Positions 44,818 to 57,000 of a stretch of DNA of 64,000 bases are shown one piece after another. Each line of letters begins with the position of its first letter. Position 1 is the first letter of the stretch. The notes below the pieces were generated by a model. The model was not told the origin of the DNA. It saw nothing but the letters and a program-made list of their open reading frames with translations, and did no database searches. The stretch covers positions 16,740,001 to 16,804,000 of the forward strand of contig CM060734.1 in NCBI GenBank assembly GCA_030704615.1, in the 5' to 3' direction. The position numbers and the translations under genes are program-made. This DNA is from Takakia lepidozioides (Eukaryota > Plantae > Bryophyta).

Positions 44818-47800
44818 TTAGCACAGAATGGAAGAGGCAAGGGTGTAAGCCTGCGGGGTTTGCAAATAGTGAGTGGGAGAGAAAGTACTTTCGACCTGTC
44901 CTTCCTTGTGCCACTGCGTAAGAAGTAGAGCTAGTGTATAGTCCGTGATATCCGCCATAGCTACAAAGTTATAGCTTTGATTGCCCCTCCCGTCAAGACA
45001 CTGGTTATCCGGAATAACACCTATTCTTCCGCTCATAATGTTCTTAGTTTCTTGTTCTTGTTTCTTGAATGGAGTCTCTTGCACAAAATTCACGTTGCTG
45101 ATTGGCCGTTGCCTCATTAGGTAACTTCTCATTTTTACCCTAATCTGTTCACATTCCATCTTGGAATGACCACTAGGACTGCATATGTGGCAAAGGTTCC
45201 CCTTTGCCGGACGCGTAAAGTGTCCCGTTACCTGTCCTCTTGATGCATTAATGGGCTCGTAATAAGATTCGGCTGATATACCGGGTAGGTACTTTGACGG
45301 CCCTGTTTGTCTTCTTGTGTGATGATGCTCGTTATTGCAGTACCTGCAATGTGGAGTGTTTTGTCCCTTAGGCCACATGTTTGAATTCAAACACTCTCCC
45401 GTCTCCTGCTGACTGCATGGCACATTCTCCGAGTTTGACTTCCAAACTGTCTTTACACTTATCGGCCACTTTACTGACGTTAACCCGTGTCCACCTGTCA
45501 CTGCCCTTATGGACTGTGCAACCTGTGTGGGCTGTGTCGCCTGTGTTGAGCTGTGACAGGCTGTGATAGACTGTGGTAGGCTGTGATATGCTGTAACAGA
45601 CTGTGGTGGGCTGTGATGGCTATGTGAACACCTGTGTTCTCTGCTATGGCCATACACATTCAGCTTTATGACAAGTGCTTCATGCTCCGCTGGTGCTACT
45701 AGTGTAGTCTGTGACTGAATCTGTGTTTCAAGATGCAAATCATGCTGCAATGGTCTATCATGGATACCACTATATTCCTTCAACTTATTGGCATTGACTC
45801 TACCAAGCATCTCTTTGTTAATGGTTTGTAACATAGTTGTGTTGTTATCATACATCTTCTGTATGACATAAGGTCCTTTCCATGGTGATTTAAGCTTAGA
45901 AGCTTTAATCTTTCTTTTCTTCTGCAAACCAAACACCAAATCACCTGTCTTAAAAGTCTTCAATTTACCTTCATCAAACTGATCCTTCCTCTTCATCTGA
46001 ATTCTGGCCATGTTATCTGCTACATCAGCACGTACTTCTTCCACATGATATAGTTCATGTTTCCTTACTTTAATTGAATCCTCCAATTCCATTCTCCTTC
46101 CCCATTCAGTTTCATGGTAGGTAATAAGAATTCCATTGGAAGTAAAGTTTCCATGCCCATAAACTAATTGGAATGGTGTGTACTTGGTGGTGACCTTATA
46201 TGAAGTCTTGTATGACCACAAAGCTGTCAACAGCTTTGTATCCCAGTCTGTCCTATTCGCATTGACTATCTTAGCCAAGATACTGCATAGTATTTTGTTG
46301 GTGGCATCTGCCTGCCTATTGCCTTGTGGGTAATAGGTTGTACTCTTCCTGTGCACAATCATGAACTCCTTAGTCAACAGTTCAATGGTCTCATTAATGA
46401 AATGACTTCCCTGGTCACTGATAAATTCCAGGGGACAGCCAAATCTTGTGATAATGTTCTCATATAGGAACCTTGTTGTGGACTTAGCTGCGGTGTCTCT
46501 CAGAGCCTTAGCTTCCATCCATTTTGTGGTATAATCAGTGGCTGTGATTATATACTTGTTTTGTGTATTCTTGGCTGGTGGATTGATTGGTCCAACAAAA
46601 TCCAAACCCCATTTCTGGAATGGTTCAGTAGGCATTGTAGGATGCAAAGCCATCTTCCCAGATCTTTGCAAGGGTCCTAGCCTCTGGCACTCGTCACCTC
46701 TCTTACAATACTTGTGTACATCTTTAAACAAAATAGGCCACCAGTAACCTGCAAGTAATATTTTCCTACTGGTAGTCTCTTCTCCAAAATGACCTCCAGC
46801 AACTCCCTTCTGAACTTCTTCTAAAATTTTATTTACCTCATGGTGGTACAGGCATCGTTTAAGAACTCCATCAGGTCCTAGCTTATACAATCTTCCTCCT
46901 ATCATAGTGCATGGTAATGCCTTGATAGCTATTCTTTTCCTTTGCTCCTTCCCATAACTCGGTGGGCACTGTCCATGAGTCAAATAATATTTGATTGGCC
47001 ACTGCCAATCCATCCAGCCATCTGCTCCCTGTACTTCTACTGCAAATAAACCTGCATCAGGCAGTTGATCGTCTATTCCTATGGCGGGCTCTCCTGTTGA
47101 AAGGCGTGACAAGTGATCTGCCACAAGATGCAAACGTCCAGGTTTGTAAACAACTTCGAATTCAAACTCATGTAGTATAATCAACCATCTTGCTATCCTT
47201 CCACTTATCAAAGGCTTGTTCACCAAATAAATCAGAGCTTGATGATCCACATAGAACATAACTTCCTTCCCAGCAAATAATGCCTGAATAAATCATTGCC
47301 AAAGCTTCTCTTTCGGTGGTGCTATAGTTCCTTTCAGCACTGTTCAACAGTCTGCTAGCATAATACATAGGTGAATCTATGTTCCCTATGACATTTTGGG
47401 CTAACACAGCCCCCAATGCTTCTCCTGAGGCATCACAATGTACATGAAATACCATATGCCAATGAGGGTTAATCAACATAGGTGTAGTTGTTACTGACAA
47501 TGTAAGTTCCTCAAAGGCCTATTGACATTCAGCTGTCCATGCAAACACTGCATCCTTCTTCAAGAGTTTGCTCAATGGTGCTGCCTTCTGTGCATATCGT
47601 CTGACAAACCTTCTGTAATAACTGGTTTGTCCAAGGAACCTCCTTAGAGCCTTAACATTACTTGGTGGTGGTGAGGCTTTAATAGCCTCTATCTTTCTAG
47701 GATCTACAAGCAGTTATTTTTTACACACAATGTGTCCCAAAAGAACTCCTGAGTTCACACATAAAGTACATTTTTCTGGATTCAGCCCAAGACCTCTCAT

Positions 47801-50800
47801 CCTGCATCTGGCCAAACATAACTCCAACTTCTGCAAGTGCTCATTCTTAGAGCTATACACACTGAAGTCATCTAAGAACACTTGCATGAAATCATCCAAG
47901 TACTCATGGAAAGATTCACTTATCACTCTTTGGAAAGTTGCTTGTGCATTACAAAGTCCAAAAGGCATGACTTTGTATGCATAAGCACCCCAGTCAGTAA
48001 TAAAAACTGTCTTTCCCTGATCCTCTTCAGCTACTTGTACTTGGTTATACCCACTGAAGCCATCCATGAATGAGTACATCTCATGGCCTGCCACAGTGTC
48101 CAGTACAGCTTCTGTGAATGGCAAAAGAAAGGGATATTTCTTTGTACAATCATTCAACTTCTTATAGTTAACACAAACTCTCAGTTTGCCATTCTTCTTG
48201 GGAACTATCACGATGGGTGATAGCCAAGTTGTATACTCTATCGGGTATATTAACTTAGCCTCAGCCAGTTTCTTTATCTCCTCTCCAACCTTCTGTGCAT
48301 AGTTGGGATTCATCCTGTATCTTGCCTGTTTGATTGGTACAAAACCTGGTTCCAACTCAATCTTGTGCTGGCATATTTCAGGGGGTATCCCCTTCAGGTC
48401 TTCATAGCTCCATGCAAATACATCCTTGTATTTGATAAATAGGCTCTTAGCTTCTTCAAAGAATTTCGGCTCCAAGTCAGCCCCAACTTTCACCATTCTT
48501 GGTTCATCCTCAGTTCCCACATTGACTTCTCTCACCTGCTCTTCAGCTGTGATAGTCCATCCAGCCACTACTTCATCTTGCAAACTCACAGTGGCTGGTT
48601 CCTCTAGGATTTCTATTTCTCCCTCTCTTTCTTCATAGAAATGTGGTGGGTAACTGCTTGTTTCCCCTTCAATTGGTGTTGCTGATACTGCACCACAGCA
48701 TATACCCTTGAAACAACTTAGTCCTCCCAGTTGCATTTCTGCAACGTGCTCCCACTCTGGCTGTGCAACAAATAGAGTAGCCTCCTGCTCTTCATCAAGT
48801 CCTCTCCTCCAGTCATACTCTCTGACTCCTCGAGGTCTTCTGGTAGCATGTAGCCTACTAGATTTCTTAGTGGTGATCTATATCTTGTGCTTCCCATCAT
48901 GCATAGTCAGTAACTGGGAATTCCAGTCATGGAATACCCTAGCCTGTTTCAGCCATGGTCGACCCAGCAATAAGGAGTAAGCTTCCATGACATCATCCAT
49001 TTTCAACACCGTCACTGTGATCTTAAAGATCATCTTCAGGATCTGTATCTTTACTCCTCTTATCAAGCCCAATGGCTGTACACTCCTTTGATCTGCCATT
49101 GTTACTGTGAATGGGGCTGGTTTCATATTATTCAGACCAAGCTTATGCCTTAATTGGTCTGTCATGATATTCACTCCCGAGCCTCCATCTATCAGTACAT
49201 CAGTTAGGTCTGTGCTTCCAATTCTCAATTGGATTACTGGCATGGAATCATCAAAGTCCATGACAGTTTTTGGCCCTTCAGGTTTCACATTATAACTTGT
49301 TACCTTGTTGTTCAGGTCTGTATTCTCTGTCACATGAGCAATCTGATTGATTGCTTGATACAGCCTGTGTCTACAATGGGGTGCCACAGCCAATAGCTGC
49401 CCAATTGTAATTTCAGCTTTGGACTGGCATATTACTTCAGCCAAAGCCCCTTCATTATCCTGCACCTGTGAAGCCTCTTGCTTCACTTCATCTTCACCTT
49501 CTTCATCTTCTCTTTCAGAGTCAGAAGAATCTGCCATAGGGATATCAGTATCCTTCTGCATTTCCCTTATGGTATGAGCCACTTCCTTGTGCAGTTCCTT
49601 CTCATCCCTCCATGCCTCATCATCTTCAGGCACATCACTGCCATCTTCATTAACATCTTCCTCCTCATCCACTGGAGGTAATAGTTTAGCCTTGCTTCTG
49701 GTAACTATCATTGTACTTACTTCTGGTACAAAACATGGCATAACTATGTGAGCTACCACTATTATGCCTTCATTCACAGGAGCTCTCATCTCATTCTGGT
49801 GTCTGATCCAGAATGGACAGGCTACTTTGCGATGTCCTGCCTGGTTACAATAGTAACACAGTTCTTCACCATTGGGTCCTCGCCCTTGGTCTATTTTGGG
49901 ATTATTTCTATAATCCTGATTCCCTGGCTAGTAATTCCCCCTTGGATTACCCTGATAGTTGCCTCTGAGATTGCCTTGGTAATTCCCTCTTGGATTACCT
50001 CTGCCTGCCATACCATTGTTATATCCACCAGGCCTACCATAGTGATCCTGGTCATTGTTTCTTCTTGGCTAGGGTTGCACTTGATGCACCCTCACTTGCC
50101 TAGGTTCTCTTGTAGCTGTCCTTCTTTTGTAATAACAATTCTCAGTAGAATGGTTATCCATTTTACAGATAGTACAGTGTTTCTCCTTCATGTGGCATTC
50201 AGTTGTGGTATGGCCTTCATTTTGGCACTTTGCACACCAAACACCCTTCCTCCAATGTGTTGCAGCCTCTGTGGCATACTTTTACAAGATTTCTTCCAAT
50301 CTTTTTTCATAGTTGTCCCTCTTCAACTTTTCCTTCTTCTTGCTCTTCCTCCTGAGCTCTTGCTCTTCTTCCTCATCTGACTCATCTTCAGAGTCATCAT
50401 CATCCCTCTTATCTCTCCTGAGCATTCCCAATTGCTCAATTCTGTTGGTTGTTTCGAATGCCTCCTCCACTATATTATGGGGTAGCATATCCACTTTCTT
50501 TTGTAATTCAGGTCTTAGTCCACTCACAAACCAAGTCTTCTGTAATCCTAGTGCTGGTACAACAGCCAGCTTTTTCATCATTAATTCCATTTTCTCCATA
50601 TATTCTTCAACAGTTTCATGCTTCTTTTGCCTCAACTGTTGTAGACTCCCATGTACTTCATCCTCAATTTTGCTTGTCCTGAACCTGTTCCGGAATGTTG
50701 TACTAAGGCCATTCCAGGTTAGGAAATGATTATTAGAAAACCTTGCATACCATTCACTTGCTTTCTTGATAAGTGAACAAGGAAACAGTCTCAATTTGGC

Positions 50801-50923
50801 ATCATCGCCATTCTCATTGTTCACTATACACATGTGCTCAAATTGGCTGATGTGTACATTAGGATCCCCTTTTCCTGCATATATTGGAAAAGGTGGCTTT
50901 GCCCGTGTTGGAGGTACCGCCAT
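44818..50923 (-). pseudogene. Ty3/Gypsy gag-pol polyprotein (non-chromovirus, no additional RNase H), disrupted
   Basis: Gag (YAGKGDPNVHISQF...LFPCSLIKKASEWY), three CCHC knuckles (~49820-50240), protease (VLIDGGSGVNIM, LLGRPWL), RT (YRMNP, WLSPIVIVPKKNGKLRVCV, MPFGLCNA, FLDD), RNase H (HCDASG, NYSTTEREAL, DHQAL), integrase (GHFG..C..C, WGLDFVGP, ISDQGSHF, WKGPY). Several stops and frameshifts. Confidence 0.95.
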
Positions 50924-51307
50924 CTGTGGCCCTACACCCTGCCCTCTGACAGGTGCTGGTCCTCCTGTAGGTGTTGGTCCTTGAGGATCTGCTGTTGTAA
51001 TGGTGGAACTCCCACCAGGTGTTGGCCCCTGAGCACTCTAAGTACTCCTATCTCTAAGTACTCCTCAACAGTTTCATGCTTATAGAAGGCTTCGTTACCA
51101 TATATCCATATGGAAGACAAGTTTGAAAGGCCGTTCTTGGTGTAAGCTTGATCCACATGATATCCTGGGGTACCCAGTTCTTTACCAGCGCAAATTCTTC
51201 ATGCATGTGAGTGTAAACATTCACCTTCCGTTCCTCCCAACATTCCATAAAACACAAGGCCACTGACGCCTTACCCATAAAACATAGAGCCTCTGGAGCC
51301 ACAAATT

Positions 51308-52650
51308 TGTAACCTAGCCTACTGATCCACAGGCTCTGCTGTCAGGGATCCAAAGACAAGGTAAAAGTTGGATGCAGGGCTTCAGAAAACAGGCCTTTGA
51401 AACTGAGATGCCCCATAGACGGCATCAAAACACAAGCCTTACAGAAGCGGCAGCATGCCAGACCAGGAGCAGACGGGCCGAAATCGAGGCTGGAGTCATC
51501 AGCCATATCAAGACGCAATAAGACAAGGGGCTCCTCTGCCCACATCCACATCTGCATGCTCAAGAAAATTCAAAGCAAGTGAGGATCCTCACCTGGTCCC
51601 ATCCCAAGCCCCCACAAAAAACCAAAGGTTAGTGAGGATTGTGGAACCCCAGGTGCATCACAGATCCCCACACTTGTCATCGATGTCCACTAAGAACTTC
51701 AAAAGCAAGAGATGAAGACAAAAACAGAAGAAACCCTAGTTGCCAAAAGCACCTTGAGCGATTGGGGAAGAGAGCTGTGCACCATTACCACCAGCTAGCT
51801 GCCTCCAGCAAAGCAAAAAAGCAATGAGGCAAACAAGCAAGCTTGCAAGGTTAAGAAGGGGAGGGAGAGAGACTTCCCAACACAGGCGTCGCTACAAAAA
51901 TTAAAGGCCAGAGGAGGGAACAAGACAATGCATTCACAACATTGTCTCCCGCATGCAAGAGAGACCAAGCGCTGCCATTGTGCATCCCCAAGAGATCGCC
52001 GAGCACGGGTACGATGCAGCAAACATGGTAGCAGCAAAAACGCAGACGCCATAACGCTCTCCCCGCGAGCTCAGAAGCACGGCTCGTGCTTCTGACGGCG
52101 GGAGAGATGACATAGGGCATTTGCCCGATTTTTCATCCACGCAAAATGAACAATAAACATAACATCCCTCAAATCTGACGGATTCCATCCGTAGCTAGGT
52201 TAAAAAATAGGTTTTAGGGTAGGGGTTAGGGTTTCACACCGTAATTAACTATAATTAGGGGTAGTTAAGATCAGTTCAGGGCCATAAACAACTGTACATA
52301 TCATCCGGTTTAGATGAGAGAGAAAAAATCATCTATGAGCTCATCCATTGGAAAAATCCATCAGCGGGATGAAAAAATAGGAAATAACATCCACGCAACG
52401 GTTTACATCCTCACAGGTAATTCAACGTCCCAAAAAATTCTCATCCGTATGGATGAAAAAAGAATAAAAGAGGAATGAAAAATTAGTATCCTGGCTATTT
52501 TCATCCGGTATGGATGAAAAATAGGATGCCAGTGGCAACCCCCATAGAGGTAATTCCTCATTCTCTGGTGACTCATCTGGTATGGATGAAAGTCAATAAA
52601 AGAGGAATGAAAAATCAAAACTCATCCTAGAGGTAATTCAGCAGGTAACT
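51308..52650 (-). mobile_element. LTR-like region upstream of gag (does not match the 36258-37054 LTR)
   Basis: Starts TGTAACC on +; a PBS-like TGGCTCC lies a few bases inside on the minus strand. Homologous to 1-990, with a TTCATCC/GGATGAA cluster at 52125-52630. Right end uncertain. Confidence 0.5.
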
Positions 52651-53002
52651 CAGCAGCTTCTGCTGCTCAGTCACTCCCCCCCCCCCCGCTTTATTTTTGT
52701 TTTTTTTCCCCTCGGCACTCCCTCTCTCTCCACATCCTGATTGGACAGAGGAAGAGATGAGGGAAAAAAAAGAAAAAAGAAGGTGGGGGGGGAGTGACTT
52801 AGGAGCTGCTGCTCAGTCCACCTTCTTTTTTGTTTTTTTTTCCCTCGGCACTCCCTCTCTCTCCCTCTCTCCACATCCCGATGGGACAAAGGAAGAGAAG
52901 GAGAGAGGGACATACATGCTTTGTTTTGTTTTTTTGATCTGGAATCTAGAGGTTGTTTCCACGAAGGCCTAATGTCTCCATTGCATGACAGGTGCCAGGA
53001 GT

Positions 53003-54026
53003 ATGGGGAAAGAGAAGAAGTCCCCTGCCCCAAAGAAAGGCGCGGTGAACCCGTTTCATATCCCGGGACGTGTGACGCGGGCTGGCACCTCACGGGTTAC
53101 CAGCGCCATTGACTGCCGTGTCGCTCGGGTTCACCCGCAACCTGAGGCCAGTCCCCCCCTTCCCATTCTCCCCGTCTTGGATGCGCCAGGGGCCGGCTCA
53201 GCCAGCTCTCTTACTTGGGAGGTTGTTGCTGAGCCGGATAATGTTCCCGTGGCTCAGTTCAGCACACCCCCGGCCACCAAGCCTCCTGAAATGTACCTTG
53301 GCAAGCGCATCACCCGTTCGGTGACCCGGTATGGGCAGCTTTTGGATCTCATCCCTGTAGCAACCCCTTCCTCCGCAGCGAAGGCTGCACTTGCCAAGGC
53401 CCAAGGTCAGGTTCGAGGGCCTCCGGAAGTGTTGGTTCCTAGCCCACTGTCTCAGATGAGGGAGGAGGTGAGGAGGAATGCCGATGCGATGGCTGAGTTG
53501 GAGAGGGGCCTCACCGCAGCCAAGAGTTTGGGGGGGGCAGGGAGGGAGGAGCTAGGGGCTGGTGGAGAGCCTAGCCGGTCAGCGACGTCACCTGGAGAGC
53601 CTGAGCGGTCAGCAAAGAAGGGCTTGGACTACAGGGCGCCGCCGGGGGCTATGGTGTTTTGGAATTTACTTCCACCGTCGCTCCGGGAGGGGATAGTGCG
53701 GGGACTTCCGGCAGCGGGGACTCCTCCCACATTGGATGACATCGGGGGCAAGTCGGCCAAGGTTGCAAAGGTACATCCGTCGCACCTTGCCCATTGCATG
53801 TTTTGTCCTGTGCTTTGCATGCATGTTTTTCTTTGTTGTTTGTTTCTTTTTTTTTTAATTTGGGGGGGTTATTCGTCTTCAGGAGGCAGCGGCATACTTG
53901 GCCTCATTGGTGCACCCCAATGAGATTGCCAATGAGGGAGGGCACGTGGTATTCATGAAGGACCCGAACACCAAAGGTAAGAAGAAGAGAGCTCAAACTC
54001 CCGAGGTCCCTTTTGCCATCAATGAA
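53003..54026 (+). pseudogene. Spliced ORF of unknown function (Pro/Ala-rich), probably a transposon accessory gene truncated by the Mutator-like insertion
   Basis: Open frame 53003-53770, a GT-AG intron (53771-53882) in phase 0, then EAAAYLASLVHPNE...PFAINE and an abrupt change to GC-rich repeat DNA. Confidence 0.45.
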
Positions 54027-57000
54027 GGGGCTGCCGACGGGGGAATGCTTGCGCGTGAGCCTGGCCGCGTGAGCCTGTGAGCCTGGCTAGGCTCACGCCA
54101 CATCAGCAAGCATCCACGTGTTCAGGCCCTAATTCCGTGCTCCCCCCCCCCCCCCCTATTACCGCAGATCAGCTGTCGCCTATGTCCTAATTTTTTATCC
54201 CTCTTCATGGCCCCCACATGAATATTCTTTGTGGCCGAGAACAATGGCAGGTTTGCGCATGAATTATGATTGAGGTCATGACTTTGGAATGAGGAGATCG
54301 CCCACTAGAGAACTGAATATTAAAAGCAAACATTTTTTTTGGGCAAAGCAGTACATTCATTCCAACACACAAACATTTTTCAATTCCGCAATCCGAAGAC
54401 CTATCCTAGGCAATCCCTAACTGTACTTACAGGAACGCGCAAAGAACTTGAAAAACAGTTTGGAGATGGAAGCAAAACCAAAACACAATTTATTGAGCCT
54501 CGGTACTTGAACCTAAAGAAATATTGGAGGTTTCAGAGGAACCACTTCTAAAATTTACAGCAATATCATCTATGAATACAGCAGCACATCCATGACGTTT
54601 TTTTTTTTCCACGACCTTCATGGAGATGCGAATACAGTGTTTGTTCGGATAACACCCGTGCGCAAGCTTCCGCGTAAACCGGCAAGCGGTTGGATCTAGG
54701 GGGGCTCGGGGACATGTAGTATCCTTGGAAACCGAAAGGTGTCTGCTGATTCGATGACTGGTGCTGAACTCTGCAAAGCAAGAAGAGGAATGGTGGTAGA
54801 TGTTAACATCCAGATATAGACAACGAAAGCCATTATTTCTCGAATGCCATTTTGATTTACCGAAAAACCACGAAACATCAATTGAAAGGAACCAACTCAC
54901 TTTCTGCCCCGGGAACTCGCCCTTCGTAAGAGGCAGTGTATTGATGCATGTCCAAGTTTTGATGACACGAAACCCGGAAGCTTTCATGTAGCTGAAAAGA
55001 GTTCTTCGAGCCGACATGTCCTTTGACTACATGAGAAGAAGAGCCCCCGAGTCCGAAAGGAACTTGTTGCTGAACGAGAAAGCCCACTGCCAGTAACGAG
55101 AATCCGATTTGTTCCAAGTCGGGGTCGAATTGGAAGGAAACACATCAGGGATAGGAAAACCGTCAGGAATGTCCAGCACCACAAGGTCAGTCGCGTATGC
55201 CTGCTGAACTCCATTCACCCATTCCGGACTTTTTGTGACCTACAGCCAAAAACATGAGACAGTGTAAGAAGCCCAATCCAAATCTAATAGGAGATCAATC
55301 CCCTGGACAAGCCATAACAAGCTGCCAAAACAATTATTCATACAACAGTTTAGACATAAGTGTTCACCTGAGTGAGGAACGAAACAAGCATGTCCCATGA
55401 TTTCGAGGGCACCCCTTTGAATGTGGACTTCCTAGACTCCATCATTGCAAGAAACTTTCATTCAGCACCTTACGATTGAACTGGCCCAAGACCCTGGAGG
55501 GATGTTCTCTCGCCTCGAAAACTTGCTCCCTCGACTTTGATGTTCTCCTATCCCTCCTTGCGGGAGAAGGCTTTCAGGAACCTCTGACGGTCCCTGTCCT
55601 TGCGGAGCTGCACTTTTCCCCTTCCCCTTTCGTTTTGGAGTAGCAGTTTTCTCGGGCTCTTTTGCAGCCAGAGCCGAAATGATTCTGTCCTGGATGTCTT
55701 TGTCAGCCAATGGGGCAATCGCTGCGGCATTGTCGTTCAGGTTTCTCAAAACAACTTCATCGAATGGAGTGTCCTGTTTTGGCAGGTCGAGGTACCACCC
55801 ACAGTCTCGGAAGTGCGCCCTGCTCCAGTCTTTAGCAATACCAGCCGTGTACATTGTTTTGTCATTGGAGGGGTCAGCCCATGAATAGATGAAGTCTGGG
55901 TCATCGCTAAGGTACTTTCCTGGTATGAGGATATGATACATATACCTGAATCACACACAAAAAACCCAAATAGTCATTCGATCAGAAAACGAAAAAGAAC
56001 ACACATCCGGAAAAAGATATTGAAATGCAGGAAGGCAACACTGAGAAATCTACTTTTGAAACCTATGTGTGCATCACCTCTGAGAGCCTTTACCCGCGCC
56101 TTGACATATACAAGTTGAGGTGCTGCAGATCGTTGAAAAATCCCAAATCGCCTTGACGTGGGGAGCCTTTTAGATGGTGTTAAGCTGGAGAAGTACAGAT
56201 GCAAGGCCCTGGTGGTGGGATGTGAAGACCAGGTTTGGCTGACCCGCATTAGAGTAGTAGCTTGCATCTGCGTCTTGTGAGCTTGGAAGCATGGCTCGGA
56301 GAGGGCCAAGCAAGTGGAGCTCATACATAACTCTGTCGTACGGGAACCCAAATTGTAGCGCATGAGGGTAATAGTGTCGACTACTTGGTCTGATAGCACC
56401 TGTGTCATCATGTTGCCACCATAGCAAAGGACTCTTTTGGGTCCATGATGATCCACGACACTCGTAGGATGGCAACCTTGTGTAAATTTGATCAAGCAGA
56501 GAGGGGGTTTGGAAGTGTAGCACCTGGTACATTCGGACTTGGCCCAGGGTAGACAAACAGTGATGGCCTTGTGCTGATACGAGTTGGGAGTGTCGGAGCA
56601 AGGGTCTAGTTGAAAATAAGGGGCGGGAGAGGTTGGGGCAGTCCACCTCCTACTCCCATCACCGATGGCCTCTGATACCAAATTCGTCGATTGAAGTTGA
56701 GACGGTCTCCAGAGGTGGGAGTGAATCCCCCAGCCTCTACACGGTGAAACCACGGACCAGAAAATGGGCAGTAGCCGCTTCAAAATCCCTGCTCTTCCTC
56801 CAAGACAAACGAACGTAGGTTGTAACACTGATGTGATGTCTGCATGCTTGTAGCTTGGGACTGTGTTAGGTGTGAAGCTGGACCGCCAGAGGTTTGTAAA
56901 GACCGGCTTGAGAAGAAAGTACCTCGTGCTTGAGATTGTGACAGGTAGACAGAAACGCCATCGCAGTGTTGGCGAGTGTGTATACATACTGTCGGGTGCG

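Noticed and set aside
56669-56680. tRNA-iMet primer binding site-like TGGTATCAGAGG on the minus strand
   Set aside because: No adjacent CA-ending LTR terminus or gag ORF; probably chance or an unresolvable relic.
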